DNA of 64,000 nucleotides from Actinomycetota bacterium (GCA_009699015.1 WLOY01000003.1:273-64272), one strand, 5' to 3'; positions 1 to 11,586 are shown, counted from the stretch's first letter. Notes: generated by a model from the sequence alone, not told the origin. Numbers and translations: made by a program.

Positions 1-366
1 GGTGCGCGCCTCGTGGAGCTGCTCAAGCAGCAGCAGTACGCACCGCAGTCGATGGAGCGCGAGGTCGTCTCAGTGTGGGGCGGCACGACGGGCCAGCTCG
101 ACGAGGTGCCGATCGAGGACATCCGCCGGTTCGACTCGGAGTTCCTGTCGTTCATCGAGCGCTCCAAGCCGGAGATCCTCGATGCGATCCGCACGACGAC
201 CGACCTGTCGAATGACACGGTGGCAGTGCTCGAGACCGCGATGGCCGAGTTCAAGCGCCAGTTCTCGACGAGCGCGGGCACGCTGCTCGTCAACGACGAG
301 CCGGTTGCGGCGCTCGACGAGGAAACCATCGATCCGACCCAGATCAAGCGGGCGGTTCGGGGCTAA
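1..366 (+). CDS. atpA: F0F1 ATP synthase subunit alpha, C-terminal fragment (5' end upstream of window)
   Basis: The frame is open from nt 1 to TAA 364-366. The tail ...LLKQQQYAPQSMEREVVSVWGGTTGQLDEVPIEDIRRFDSEFL... matches the alpha-subunit C-terminal domain, and atpG-atpD-atpC follow. Confidence 0.9.
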   Translation, partial: GARLVELLKQQQYAPQSMEREVVSVWGGTTGQLDEVPIEDIRRFDSEFLSFIERSKPEILDAIRTTTDLSNDTVAVLETAMAEFKRQFSTSAGTLLVNDEPVAALDEETIDPTQIKRAVRG

Positions 367-371
367 CTGAC

Positions 372-2736
<2,365 letters not shown>

Positions 2737-2741
2737 TCGAG

Positions 2742-3131
2742 ATGGCTGAACTCGTCGTCAATGTCGTGTCAGCGGAACGCTCGCTTTGGAGCGGCACCGC
2801 GAAGAGCGTCGTTGCCAAGACGCCGGAGGGTGAGATCGGGATCATGCCCGGCCACGAGCCGGTGCTCGCGCTTCTCGTCGACAGCGCGCTGCGCATCGAG
2901 GAGGCCGACGGCACGAAGATGCTCGTCGCGGTCCATGGCGGTTTCTTCTCCGTCGACTCGAATCAGGTGAACGTCATCGCCGAGATCGCTGAGCTCGCCG
3001 AGGACATTGACCTCGACCGGGCGAAGGCGGCCCTCGCGGCAGCCCAGGCCGCAAACGAGGAGGATTCCTCTGCCCTGCGCCGGGCAGAGACCCGAATCAC
3101 GGTCGCCGGAATGGCAGGATCGCTCCGCTAG
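2742..3131 (+). CDS. atpC: F0F1 ATP synthase subunit epsilon
   Basis: 129 aa, MAELVVNVVSAERSLWSGTAKSVVAKTPEGEIGIMPGHEPVLALL... is a typical epsilon N-terminal beta-sandwich. ATG 2742 lies 6 nt after the atpD stop. The upstream part of ORF 2637 overlaps atpD and is discarded. Confidence 0.9.
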   Translation: MAELVVNVVSAERSLWSGTAKSVVAKTPEGEIGIMPGHEPVLALLVDSALRIEEADGTKMLVAVHGGFFSVDSNQVNVIAEIAELAEDIDLDRAKAALAAAQAANEEDSSALRRAETRITVAGMAGSLR

Positions 3132-3202
3132 CGATGCGCTGATCTTGCTCTTGAACAGGTCAAACCACCATGTTGCCGAGGTCCAGTCGGCAATGGCGGG
3201 AG

Positions 3203-3216
3203 ATGTTGGCCAACAT
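3203..3216. promoter_or_regulatory. Perfect 14-bp palindrome ATGTTGGCCAACAT, candidate operator upstream of the toxin-antitoxin pair
   Basis: The palindrome is read directly. The half-site CATGTTG recurs at 3169-3175 and 3214-3220 in a lower-GC spacer. The operator function is inferred only. Confidence 0.35.
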
Positions 3217-3288
3217 GTTGGTGAACTTCGTTGACCATAGGTTGTCAGGCACGTACAGCCGTGGTCGCGGAGTCGACTCGGGCGGAAG

Positions 3289-3738
3289 TTGCGTGGGAGC
3301 TCAGCCACCCACGTGCAGGAGGTTGGCGTCCTGGTAGTGGAGAAATACCATCAGCCGGTCGCCTATCTGTCATCCATCGAGGTGTTCGACGAACTCCTCG
3401 AAAGCGCGGATCGCCACGCACGACTGCTCAGGGAGCTTCCGCTGGCCCTGAGTCTGCTGGCCACGGCAATCAAGGTCGGGGTGTCATCGGACGCAGCCAT
3501 CGGCGCGCTCCTGCGGGGCCACGATGAAGCAGATGTCCTGAATCTCGTCGACCTCGCTGAACTGGTCGATAGCGCGATAGAGGACCGCGACATGTCGGTG
3601 CTGGCGGCCGCTCGGATGGAGCAGCCGGATGTCGGTGACATGAGCCTCGGAGATTTCGCTGCCGAGCTGGGCTTGGACATTACTCAGGTGCGAGCTGATG
3701 TCGCAGCAGGCACGCCGCGGGCGAAGTACGACAGGTGA
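3289..3738 (+). CDS. Phd/YefM-like antitoxin candidate (N-terminus uncertain, possibly frame-disrupted)
   Basis: The segment VGVLVVEKYHQPVAYLSSIEVFDELLE resembles the beta-strand and helix of Phd/YefM antitoxin N-domains. The stop overlaps the downstream RelE-like ORF in GTGA (3735-3738). The start is TTG 3289 or GTG 3313. Confidence 0.5.
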   Translation: MRGSSATHVQEVGVLVVEKYHQPVAYLSSIEVFDELLESADRHARLLRELPLALSLLATAIKVGVSSDAAIGALLRGHDEADVLNLVDLAELVDSAIEDRDMSVLAAARMEQPDVGDMSLGDFAAELGLDITQVRADVAAGTPRAKYDR

Positions 3739-4124
3739 CGGAGGCTTTCAGCCGAGCCCTCCTCACCACGCTCGCAAGAAGCGACATCAACGCGGTTGCT
3801 GAGATCGATGTACGCACCGCCGTGGTGAATGCGCTCGTCGAAATCGAGAACCACCTGGAGTTCGGGAGACTGTTGGAGTCCCGCGGTTACACCGAGGACC
3901 TGCGAGGATGCCGGAAGGTGTACGTCGACCGGCCGGATTGGCAAGGTAAGCCGCGCTTTCGACGTGTCTACTGGTGCAGCCCTGACGAGCGTCAGCCTCG
4001 GACAGCCCGGATCCTCGCGTTCGGACCGGCGAGCATCGTTAGCGGCATACAGGACCGCTGTCGATCGTTACAACGCCGATCGCGCAACCGCCGGGCAGTC
4101 GCCAGTGGAGAGCCGAAGCGATAA
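3735..4124 (+). CDS. RelE/ParE-family toxin candidate (3' end apparently frameshifted)
   Basis: ...LEFGRLLESRGYTEDLRGCRKVYVDRPDWQGKPRFRRVYWCSPDERQPRTARILAFG... fits the RelE/ParE pattern (G..L..DL.G..K..., YR.VY, hydrophobic strand before G.R). There is a 4-nt overlap with the upstream antitoxin-like ORF. Confidence 0.6.
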   Translation: MTEAFSRALLTTLARSDINAVAEIDVRTAVVNALVEIENHLEFGRLLESRGYTEDLRGCRKVYVDRPDWQGKPRFRRVYWCSPDERQPRTARILAFGPASIVSGIQDRCRSLQRRSRNRRAVASGEPKR

Positions 4125-4175
4125 AGAACGGGGCTTGTAGCTGTCGTCCCTGCATTATGGCCCACTCGGAGGGGG

Positions 4176-4931
4176 TCACCTGAACTCGGCGATGCGCTCC
4201 TCGGTGTCGTCGATCGGGTAGGCGGTGGCGGCCTCGTAGGCGAGTCCCTCAGGCACCGTCAGGCGCTGGGCGGCCCGGTACAGGTCCTTGTATGCCATGA
4301 GGGCGCCGTGACTGTTCGCTGCGATATCTCGCGCAAGGCCGGCCACCGTCGCATCGAGCTCCGAACGTGGGCCGGAAAGCGCGGCGATGCCGTACTCCCG
4401 AGCCTGGGCTCCGGTGAAGGTGGCAGCGCTATAGGAGAGCAGCCGTGCTTTAGCGGGCCCGATGAGCGCTGGCAGGCGCTGGCTCATGCCCCATGAGGGC
4501 CGGATGCCCCACTTTGCGTGGGTGTCGCCGAGCACCGCCTCGTCGGCCGTCACGATGAGGTCGCAGGCCAGTGCCAGCTCGAGTGCACCGGTGAAGCAGA
4601 AGCCGTTCACCTTCGCAATGACGATGGCGTCGAGGAGTTCGATGCGCTTGATGACACGCTGCCCCGGAATGTCGAGGTAGTCACCGACTGCTCCGTTCGA
4701 AAGCGATCGCCCGCCGAGTTCCTTGAGGTCCACACCGGCACTGAAAGCGCGTCCGGCGCCGGTGATGACGACAACGACGATGTCGGAGCGACCATGCAGG
4801 TCAGCGAGATGGCTGTCGAGAACCTCCAACATTTCGACCGTGATCGCGTTCAGTGCGGCTGGCCTGTTCAGGGTGATCGTGGCGACCGCACCTTCGATCG
4901 AGAGCACGACGGGGCTGTCGGCGGAACTCAT
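4176..4931 (-). CDS. Enoyl-CoA hydratase/isomerase family protein
   Basis: Crotonase signature VATITLNRPAALNAIT ... ITGAGRAFSAGVDLKE ... NGFCFTGALELALACDL. An AAGGAG RBS lies 7 nt upstream of ATG 4931 (MSSADS...). Confidence 0.85.
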   Translation of the reverse strand: MSSADSPVVLSIEGAVATITLNRPAALNAITVEMLEVLDSHLADLHGRSDIVVVVITGAGRAFSAGVDLKELGGRSLSNGAVGDYLDIPGQRVIKRIELLDAIVIAKVNGFCFTGALELALACDLIVTADEAVLGDTHAKWGIRPSWGMSQRLPALIGPAKARLLSYSAATFTGAQAREYGIAALSGPRSELDATVAGLARDIAANSHGALMAYKDLYRAAQRLTVPEGLAYEAATAYPIDDTEERIAEFR

Positions 4932-4990
4932 CTGGACTCCTTGGGGGATACATGTCTGCACTCTGGCGGGCGCATCATCATCGCAGGGCT

Positions 4991-6091
4991 CTACATTGAC
5001 AGGTCGATGAGTCCGGCGAGGATGGCTCGGTGGTCACCGGGCGTGCCGAGCGCGACCTGGTCAGCCTTCGCTCGCTTGAGGTAGAGGTGCGCCGGGTGTT
5101 CCCACGTGAAGCCGATCCCGCCGTGGAGCTGAACGCATTCCTGTGCGGCATGCACGGCAACGTCCGAGCAGTAGGCCTGGGCCACGGCGGAGGCGACGAA
5201 GCGATCCTCGCTGCCATCGGCCCATGCTGCTGCCGCATAGCGTGCGACAGCGCGTGCCGTCTCGACCTCGATGAAGAGGTCGGCGGCGCGGTGCTTGACG
5301 GCCTGGTAGCTGCCGATGAGCCGGCCGAACTGTCGCCGCTCGAGCAGGTAACCGACCGTCGTGTCGAGGCACCACTGGGCGATGCCGACCTGCTCTGAGG
5401 CAAGGAGGGCTGCGCCGAGGAGCAGGGCTGCTCGAATGGCGTCCGCGGCCGAGTCTCCTTGAGTCACGACGATGGCCGGGGAGCCGGCGAACCGAAGGTC
5501 GGCGAGCGGACGCGACATGTCGAGGCTTGCCAGTGGCTCGCACGCCGCAGCGGCGGTGTCGACGAGTGCGAGGACGAGCCCGCCGCTGGGGTCTGACGCG
5601 GGCACGAGCAGCAGCCCCGAGCCCTCGGTGCCGGCCACTCGCCCGATCCGACCGTGGACGAGCCCGTCGTCATCGAGCGTGGCCGTGGGGGCGAAGGTGG
5701 TGACGCAGGTACCGAGGGGCACGGCCAGGGCACAGGTGAGTGAGCCACCTGCGATCTGGCGCAGGGAATCGGCGGCCTGGGCTGCCTGCAGTGCCGCGAC
5801 GGCCATCACGCTGCTCGTCAGGAACGGCACCGGGGCCAGCGACCGTCCGAGCTCCTCGAGCACGATCGCCGCGTCGCGAGCTGAGGCACCGGCGCCGCCG
5901 TGCTGCTCGGGGACGAGCAGGCCGGCGAGGCCCATGTCGATGCCGAGCGCGGGCCAGAGCTCTCCGGCAAGGCTACTGTCGCCGTCGTACATGGCGAGCA
6001 CCCGCGTGCTCGGGCATCGGGCGGCGAGCAGGCCTCGCAGGCTGGCGCTGAGCTCGTCCTCCTCGGTGGAGGTGAGAAGGTCGGCGATCAT
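4991..6091 (-). CDS. Acyl-CoA dehydrogenase family protein, probable non-catalytic beta subunit of a heteromeric ACAD
   Basis: 366 aa with ACAD-like middle and C-terminal domains. The position of the catalytic Glu (IEGGTSE in the partner) reads VALGTPGDH. The start overlaps the upstream ACAD stop by 4 nt. Confidence 0.8.
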   Translation of the reverse strand: MIADLLTSTEEDELSASLRGLLAARCPSTRVLAMYDGDSSLAGELWPALGIDMGLAGLLVPEQHGGAGASARDAAIVLEELGRSLAPVPFLTSSVMAVAALQAAQAADSLRQIAGGSLTCALAVPLGTCVTTFAPTATLDDDGLVHGRIGRVAGTEGSGLLLVPASDPSGGLVLALVDTAAAACEPLASLDMSRPLADLRFAGSPAIVVTQGDSAADAIRAALLLGAALLASEQVGIAQWCLDTTVGYLLERRQFGRLIGSYQAVKHRAADLFIEVETARAVARYAAAAWADGSEDRFVASAVAQAYCSDVAVHAAQECVQLHGGIGFTWEHPAHLYLKRAKADQVALGTPGDHRAILAGLIDLSM

Positions 6092-7281
6092 TTCGGCAGG
6101 TCCTTCCAGGCCACGGTGGTATCCGGCCGGTCCTCGGGAGGCAGCCGAAGGACGCGTTCGGCGACCACGTTGCGGAGCACCTCGGAGGTGCCGCCCTCGA
6201 TCGAGTTGCCGCGCGCGCGCAGGTAGCGGAAGGCAGCGCCTCGCCCGGTGAAGTCGAATGCGTCATTGCCGCTCGGCGACCACTGGTCGTAGAGAAGCCC
6301 CTCGTCGCCGAGCAACTCGACCTCGAGTGAGCTCAGCTCCTGCGCCAGCCGGGCGAACACGAGCTTGCCGGCCGACCCCTCCGGGCCGGGCTGGCCTGCG
6401 GCGAGCTTCTGCTGCAGCCTGGCCGACGCGATGCGCGCGGCCTCGGCATCGACCCAGAGCCGGAGCAGCCGTTCGTGGAGGTCGGGCCGGTGCCGTTCAG
6501 GGTGCTCTCGCCAGGTGCGCGCGACCGCCCCCACCATGCCGCTCTCGCGAGGTGGCACATTCCCGCCGATCGCCATGCGCTCGTTCATCAGGGTCGCCCG
6601 GGCGACATCCCAGCCGCTCCCGACATCGCCGAGGCGGTCCGAATCGGGGATGCGCGCCTGCGTGAAGAACACCTCGTTGAACTCGGAGTCTCCGGTGAGC
6701 TGGCGCAGCGGCCTCACCTCGACGCCCGGCGCAGTCATGTCGCAGATGAAGAAACTGAGGCCCTGATGCTTCGGCACGTCCGGATCGGTGCGGGCCAGGA
6801 GGATGCCCCACCGCGCGACGTGCGCGACCGAGGTCCAGACCTTCTGCCCGGTGACGACCCACTCGTCGCCCTCGGGGACGGCCCTGGTCGACAGGCCCGC
6901 GAGATCGGAGCCGGCGCCAGGTTCGCTGAACAACTGGCACCAGATGTCCTCGCCGGTCCAGAGCCCGGGCAGGAAGCGGGCGCGCTGCTCGGGAGTGCCG
7001 TAGGCGATGATGGTGGGTGCTGCCATGCCGAGGCCGATGACATTGAGCTCGGGCGCATTGTTCGGTGCGCCCGCCTGCTCGAAGGCGCCTTCGACGATGG
7101 TCTGGTAGCCGCGGGGCAATCCCAGCCCGCCGTCGCCGAGCGGATAGTGAACCTCGGCGAGGCCCGCTGCAAATCGGGCCCGCAGAAAGGTGACCCGGTC
7201 GGTCAATGCTGGGTCATGCTCAAGAAGGAATCGCGACAGCATCTCGATGAGCCGCTTTGTAATGTCGTCCGGATCCCGCAT
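6088..7281 (-). CDS. Acyl-CoA dehydrogenase, probable catalytic alpha subunit
   Basis: 397 aa with ACAD motifs (WCQLFSEPGAGSDLAGL, C-terminal RGNSIEGGTSEVLRNVVAE carrying the catalytic Glu). A GGGAGGA RBS precedes ATG 7281. Confidence 0.85.
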   Translation of the reverse strand: MRDPDDITKRLIEMLSRFLLEHDPALTDRVTFLRARFAAGLAEVHYPLGDGGLGLPRGYQTIVEGAFEQAGAPNNAPELNVIGLGMAAPTIIAYGTPEQRARFLPGLWTGEDIWCQLFSEPGAGSDLAGLSTRAVPEGDEWVVTGQKVWTSVAHVARWGILLARTDPDVPKHQGLSFFICDMTAPGVEVRPLRQLTGDSEFNEVFFTQARIPDSDRLGDVGSGWDVARATLMNERMAIGGNVPPRESGMVGAVARTWREHPERHRPDLHERLLRLWVDAEAARIASARLQQKLAAGQPGPEGSAGKLVFARLAQELSSLEVELLGDEGLLYDQWSPSGNDAFDFTGRGAAFRYLRARGNSIEGGTSEVLRNVVAERVLRLPPEDRPDTTVAWKDLPK

Positions 7282-7416
7282 GATTCCTCCCGTCGATGCG
7301 GGGCGAACCCCGGGCACTCGACCACGTTACTTCAGCAAATCGATGCAGGGAGTGAAATCGTCAAGGGCACAGGTCTCAACGGGCCGCTTTGGGGACGTAG
7401 ATCCGCATAGGCTTCA

Positions 7417-8475
7417 GTGATGAGTGGGCCGCTGCACGGGATTCGAGTCGTAGAGCTCGCGTCACTCGGGCCCGGCCCGCACGCGGCGATGGTGCTCGCC
7501 GATCTGGGGGCAGAAGTCGTTCGCGTTGAAGGGCCCGCTGGACGTCGGCTTCAGTTTGGCGAGCCAGGGTCAATCGACTCGACTCAACGCGGACGAGGGA
7601 CCGTATTCGCCGACCTCAAGGAGGACGAGGGTCGCGAGTTTGTGCTCGAACTCGTCGGCGAGTCGGACGTGCTCATCGAAGGTCTGAGGCCGGGCGTTGC
7701 CGAGCGACTCGGAGTAGGCCCCGACGCCTGCTTCGCGATCAATCCCCGACTGGTGTACGGACGAATCACCGGGTGGGGACAAAGCGGTCCATGGGCCGAC
7801 AGGGTCGGCCATGACATCAACTACATCGGACTCACCGGCGCCCTCCATGCGATCGGTCGAGAGGGTGAGGCTCCCTCCGTTCCGCTGAGCCTTGTCGGCG
7901 ACTACGGCGGTGGTTCGATGCTTCTCCTTGTCGGCATCCTCGCCGCTCTCGTCGAGCGCAATTCGTCGGGCCTCGGGCAGGTAGTGGACGCCGCTATGGT
8001 CGATGGGACGGTGCTCATCAGCCAGATGATCCTCGCGCTTCGTTCAATGGGAGCGTGGACTGATGACCGGGCGAGCAACATTCTCGATGGCGGCGCTCCC
8101 TTCTACGACACCTATGTCTGCGCTGATGGCGGCTACGTAGCAGTGGGTGCACTCGAGCCCCACTTCTTCGCAGCGCTGCTCAATGGCCTTGGGCTGACGC
8201 TCGCGGACGTGGGAGATCCCCGCGACCGCCAGAACTGGCCGCGCATGCGGTCGCAGTTCACTCGACTCTTCGCATCGAAGCCCCGTGACGAGTGGGTCGC
8301 GCACTTCGACGGGTCGTCGGCCTGCGTGACGCCTGTGCTTACCTTCGCCGAGGCGGCCGAGCACCCCCACCTCGTTGCCCGGGGCACCTTCACTCACGGC
8401 GAGGGCGGCCTTCAGGCCTCACCCGCCCCGCGATTCTCCCGCACTCCGCCCCGCGCGCCGGAAACCTCGCCGTAG
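7417..8475 (+). CDS. mcr: CaiB/BaiF CoA-transferase family protein, alpha-methylacyl-CoA racemase-like
   Basis: The N-terminus [39 protein letters not shown] closely resembles mycobacterial Mcr. 352 aa; ATG 7420 is an alternative start. Confidence 0.8.
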   Translation: MMSGPLHGIRVVELASLGPGPHAAMVLADLGAEVVRVEGPAGRRLQFGEPGSIDSTQRGRGTVFADLKEDEGREFVLELVGESDVLIEGLRPGVAERLGVGPDACFAINPRLVYGRITGWGQSGPWADRVGHDINYIGLTGALHAIGREGEAPSVPLSLVGDYGGGSMLLLVGILAALVERNSSGLGQVVDAAMVDGTVLISQMILALRSMGAWTDDRASNILDGGAPFYDTYVCADGGYVAVGALEPHFFAALLNGLGLTLADVGDPRDRQNWPRMRSQFTRLFASKPRDEWVAHFDGSSACVTPVLTFAEAAEHPHLVARGTFTHGEGGLQASPAPRFSRTPPRAPETSP

Positions 8476-8517
8476 GTTGATCGGCCTGCCTCGTCCGCCA
8501 CCCGAAGGAGTGCCACG

Positions 8518-9270
8518 ATGGAGACAAAGGAAGCGACCGCCCTCGTCACCGGAGGCGCGTCAGGGCTGGGCCTCGCGACGGCCCGTCGGCTCCGGGCCGC
8601 GGGCGCCCGCGTCGTCGCGCTCGACCTCCCGGGAGCCAATACCGCCGAACTCGATCGGATCGGCGCGGAGTTCGCGGCGGCCGACGTGGTCGACGAGGCC
8701 GCTGTGCAGTCGTCGGTCGACCTCGCGAACGGCGATGGAACCCTGCGCATCGTCGTCAACTGCGCGGGGATCGGCAACGGCATCAAGACGACGGGGAAGG
8801 CGGGGCCCTTTCCGCTCGCCGACTTCGAGCGGGTCATCCGCGTCAACCTCATCGGCACGTTCAACGTCATCCGGCTCGCGGCAACGGCCATGGCGACCAA
8901 TGCCATGGTGGGCGAGGAGCGCGGGGTCATCGTGAACACCGCCTCCGTCGCCGCCTTCGACGGCCAGGTCGGCCAAGCCGCGTACTCGGCGTCGAAGGGC
9001 GGGATCGTCGGGATGACCCTGCCGATCGCCCGGGATCTCGCATCGCTCGCGATCCGAGTCATGACGATCGCGCCGGGCCTGTTCCGCACGCCGCTGCTTT
9101 CGATCATTCCAGAGGAGGCACAGCAGGCCCTCGGGGCGCAGGTGCCGCACCCGGCAAGGCTCGGCGACCCCGACGAGTTTGCGATGCTCGTCGCGTCCAT
9201 CATCGAGAACCCGATGCTCAACGGTGAAGTAATCCGCCTCGACGGCGCGCTTCGATTGCCGCCCAGGTAG
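8518..9270 (+). CDS. SDR-family 3-hydroxyacyl-CoA dehydrogenase (type-2 / HSD10-like)
   Basis: 250 aa. [14 protein letters not shown] Rossmann motif and [19 protein letters not shown] catalytic Y-x3-K. GAAGGAG RBS upstream. Confidence 0.85.
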   Translation: METKEATALVTGGASGLGLATARRLRAAGARVVALDLPGANTAELDRIGAEFAAADVVDEAAVQSSVDLANGDGTLRIVVNCAGIGNGIKTTGKAGPFPLADFERVIRVNLIGTFNVIRLAATAMATNAMVGEERGVIVNTASVAAFDGQVGQAAYSASKGGIVGMTLPIARDLASLAIRVMTIAPGLFRTPLLSIIPEEAQQALGAQVPHPARLGDPDEFAMLVASIIENPMLNGEVIRLDGALRLPPR

Positions 9271-9337
9271 CGCAGCCACGTCCGGCGACTTGCCGACCAA
9301 CCGATATGCAGGCCAACCGATACAGAGGGGTTACCAC

Positions 9338-10531
9338 ATGAACGAGGCAGTGATCGTCGATGTCGTCCGGACCGCATCGGGGCGGGGCAAGCCCGGCGGT
9401 GCCCTGTCGGGTGTCCACCCGGTCGACCTGCTGTCGGAGGTGCTGCAGGCCCTCGTCGAGCGCAATGGCATCGACCCGTTGGTCATCGATGACGTCTTCG
9501 CGGGGTGCGTGAGCCAGGCGGGGGAGCAGTCGCTCAACATCGGACGAAACGCCGTGCTCGCCGCAGGCTGGCCGGAGCAGATCCCGGCGACGTCGATGGA
9601 CCGGCAGTGCGGGTCGAGCCAGCAGGCCTCCCACTTCGCAGCCCAGTCGATCGTCGCCGGCGCCCAGGATGTCGTGATCGCGTGCGGCGTCGAGTCGATG
9701 AGCCGGGTGCCGATGGGCATGGCGCTCATCGGCCGTGACCCGCTCGGCCCGAGGATGGCCGCCCGCTACCCGGAAGGCCTGGTGAACCAGGGAGTCTCGG
9801 CCGAGCTCATCGCCGCGAAGTGGGGGTTCAGCCGGGCGCAACTCGACGACTTCTCCGCGCAGTCCCATGAGCGAGCGGCCCTCGCGGCTGCGTCCGGTGC
9901 CTTCGACAACGAGATCGTGCCCGTGGCCGTAACGACTGCCGACGGATCGGTCGTCGAGCACCGGCTCGATGAGACCGTCCGCGCCGGCACGACGCCGGAG
10001 GGACTCGGCGGCCTCAAGCCGTCCTTTGCCACCGAGGAGCTCGCGGCCCGGTTCCCGCAGATCACCTGGCAGGTCACGCCCGGCAACTCCTCGCCGCTCA
10101 CCGACGGCGCGTCCGCCGCGCTCATCATGAGTGCGGAGCGGGCGAGGCAGCTCGGGCTTAAGCCGCGGGCGCGCTTCCATTCGTTCACCGTGGTCGGCGA
10201 TGACCCCCTCTACATGCTTACCGCACCTGCCCCTGCGACGCGAAAAGTCCTTGCGCGAGCTGGGCTTTCAATTAACGACATCGACGCCTTCGAGGTCAAT
10301 GAGGCATTCGCGTCGGTGCCCCTCATGTGGCTCGCCGAGCTCGGCGCTACACCCGACCGGCTGAACCCGCGCGGGGGCGCGATCGCACTCGGCCACCCGC
10401 TCGGCGCCTCAGGCACCAAGCTTCTCGCCACGATGGTCAACCACCTCGAGCAGACCGGCGGGCGCTACGGGCTCCAGACGATGTGCGAGGGCGGCGGCAT
10501 GGCGAACGCCATGATCATCGAGATGCTCTGA
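9338..10531 (+). CDS. Acetyl-CoA C-acyltransferase (thiolase)
   Basis: 397 aa. MNEAVIVDVVRTASGRGK..., active-site MDRQCGSSQQA, and C-terminal NPRGGAIALGHPLGASG...CEGGGMANA. Confidence 0.9.
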   Translation: MNEAVIVDVVRTASGRGKPGGALSGVHPVDLLSEVLQALVERNGIDPLVIDDVFAGCVSQAGEQSLNIGRNAVLAAGWPEQIPATSMDRQCGSSQQASHFAAQSIVAGAQDVVIACGVESMSRVPMGMALIGRDPLGPRMAARYPEGLVNQGVSAELIAAKWGFSRAQLDDFSAQSHERAALAAASGAFDNEIVPVAVTTADGSVVEHRLDETVRAGTTPEGLGGLKPSFATEELAARFPQITWQVTPGNSSPLTDGASAALIMSAERARQLGLKPRARFHSFTVVGDDPLYMLTAPAPATRKVLARAGLSINDIDAFEVNEAFASVPLMWLAELGATPDRLNPRGGAIALGHPLGASGTKLLATMVNHLEQTGGRYGLQTMCEGGGMANAMIIEML

Positions 10532-10549
10532 CGGGCCAGGGGCAGGCGG

Positions 10550-11125
10550 TCAGCGGTTTGCGCCGGGCTCCCAGAGCACGTCGCCGCCCGCATCCTTGTT
10601 CGCGATGCGCGAAAGGATGAAGAGCAGGTCGCTCAGCCGGTTGAGGTAAGTGGCGGTGAGCGGGTTCATTCCGCCGTGGTAGGTGTCGAGGGCGGCCCAG
10701 GTCGACCGCTCGGCACGGCGGACGACGGTGCGCGCGATGTGCAGGTTCGCGGCCGCCAAGGTTCCGCCGGGGAGGATGAAGGACCGCAGGGGCTCAAGCA
10801 GGTCGTTGTAGGTGTCGCACGACTGCTCGAGGAAGTCGATGTAGGGCTGGGTGACGCGCAGCGGCTCGTATGGTGGATTGTCGACCACCGGGGTGCACAG
10901 GTCGGCGCCCACGTCGAAGAGGTCGTTTTGGATGCGCAGCAGCAGCGCGCGCATCTCCTCGGGCAGATCGGACGCCGCAAGGCAGACCCCGATCGTGCAG
11001 TTGGCCTCGTCGACGTCCGCATAGGCCTTGAGCCGCGGGTCGTTCTTGCCCGTGCGGGTCATGTCGCCGAGCGACGTCGTGCCGTCGTCGCCGGTGCGGG
11101 TGTAGATCCTCGTCAGGTTGACCAT
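10550..11125 (-). CDS. pduO: ATP:cob(I)alamin adenosyltransferase, PduO type
   Basis: 191 aa. MVNLTRIYTRTGDDGTTSLGDM... and the ...FILPGG...HIARTVVRRAER motifs are typical of PduO-type adenosyltransferases. The position next to murA matches mycobacteria. Confidence 0.9.
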   Translation of the reverse strand: MVNLTRIYTRTGDDGTTSLGDMTRTGKNDPRLKAYADVDEANCTIGVCLAASDLPEEMRALLLRIQNDLFDVGADLCTPVVDNPPYEPLRVTQPYIDFLEQSCDTYNDLLEPLRSFILPGGTLAAANLHIARTVVRRAERSTWAALDTYHGGMNPLTATYLNRLSDLLFILSRIANKDAGGDVLWEPGANR

Positions 11126-11513
11126 GATGCCTCCTCGTCGCGATGACCCTATGCCACGGAGAGGCGGCCCGCGCGGGCGCTTCGCAGCCGTGGCGAGGTC
11201 GCGGTGATAGGCCCGGGTGACCGAAGCACGCGGAGCGAGGTGCCGGGGACACCCGTAGAGCCTCCATTCAGGCGGGGCTTGGCAGAGCGGCGTACGCCAA
11301 TGAAATCGGGCTCCCGGCGGACTCGTTGGTCTTCTTGGCTGCGGGGTGAGTCTGCATGGCGCTCCCCGCCTGGACTTCTTGCTGTAGAGGTGTTGAAACC
11401 TCGTGGAGGGGGAAGTGGCCTGCCGAATGCATGGTTATGGCGCGGAGTCCTCGGGGCTGAAAACGCGCTCGTTGAGGGCGGGGGAAATCACCTCCTGAAA
11501 CACCTTTCAGCTG

Positions 11514-11586
11514 ACCCCGAATCCGGGTCACATGAATGAATTGACCTCTCCGGCGGGCTGATTCGTTCAGGCGACCCGGATTCGGG
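11514..11586. repeat. 73-nt composite inverted repeat (15-bp perfect outer stem plus 9-bp inner stem) in the pduO-murA intergenic region
   Basis: CCCCGAATCCGGGTC (11514-11528) is the exact reverse complement of GACCCGGATTCGGGG (11572-11586). Inner TGAATGAAT (11532-11540) pairs with ATTCGTTCA (11560-11568) with one G-U position. Confidence 0.85.

Noticed and set aside
11126-11300. Possible cobalamin riboswitch next to the PduO adenosyltransferase gene (GCCACGG on the minus strand; GAATCCGG further downstream).
   Set aside because: The B12 box (GCCACTG context) and the GGTG-N-AATCC core are not present in the right order or strand. Only short partial matches occur.
11449-11480. GGGGCTGAAAACG... 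resembles the 5' end of actinobacterial tmRNA (GGGGCTGAAC...).
   Set aside because: No tag-peptide reading frame and no tRNA-like 3' end (...TCCACCA) are present. The available non-coding space is far shorter than a tmRNA.
11330-11530. Possible c-di-AMP (ydaO-type) riboswitch, from GGGGTGAGTC and CCCGAATCCGGGTCA resembling GGGGTGAATCC and CCCGAACCCG...CAGCTAACC.
   Set aside because: The order of the conserved blocks does not match the ydaO consensus. GGGGACCCA is absent, and the downstream gene (murA) is not a typical target. This would need an Infernal scan before it could be claimed.
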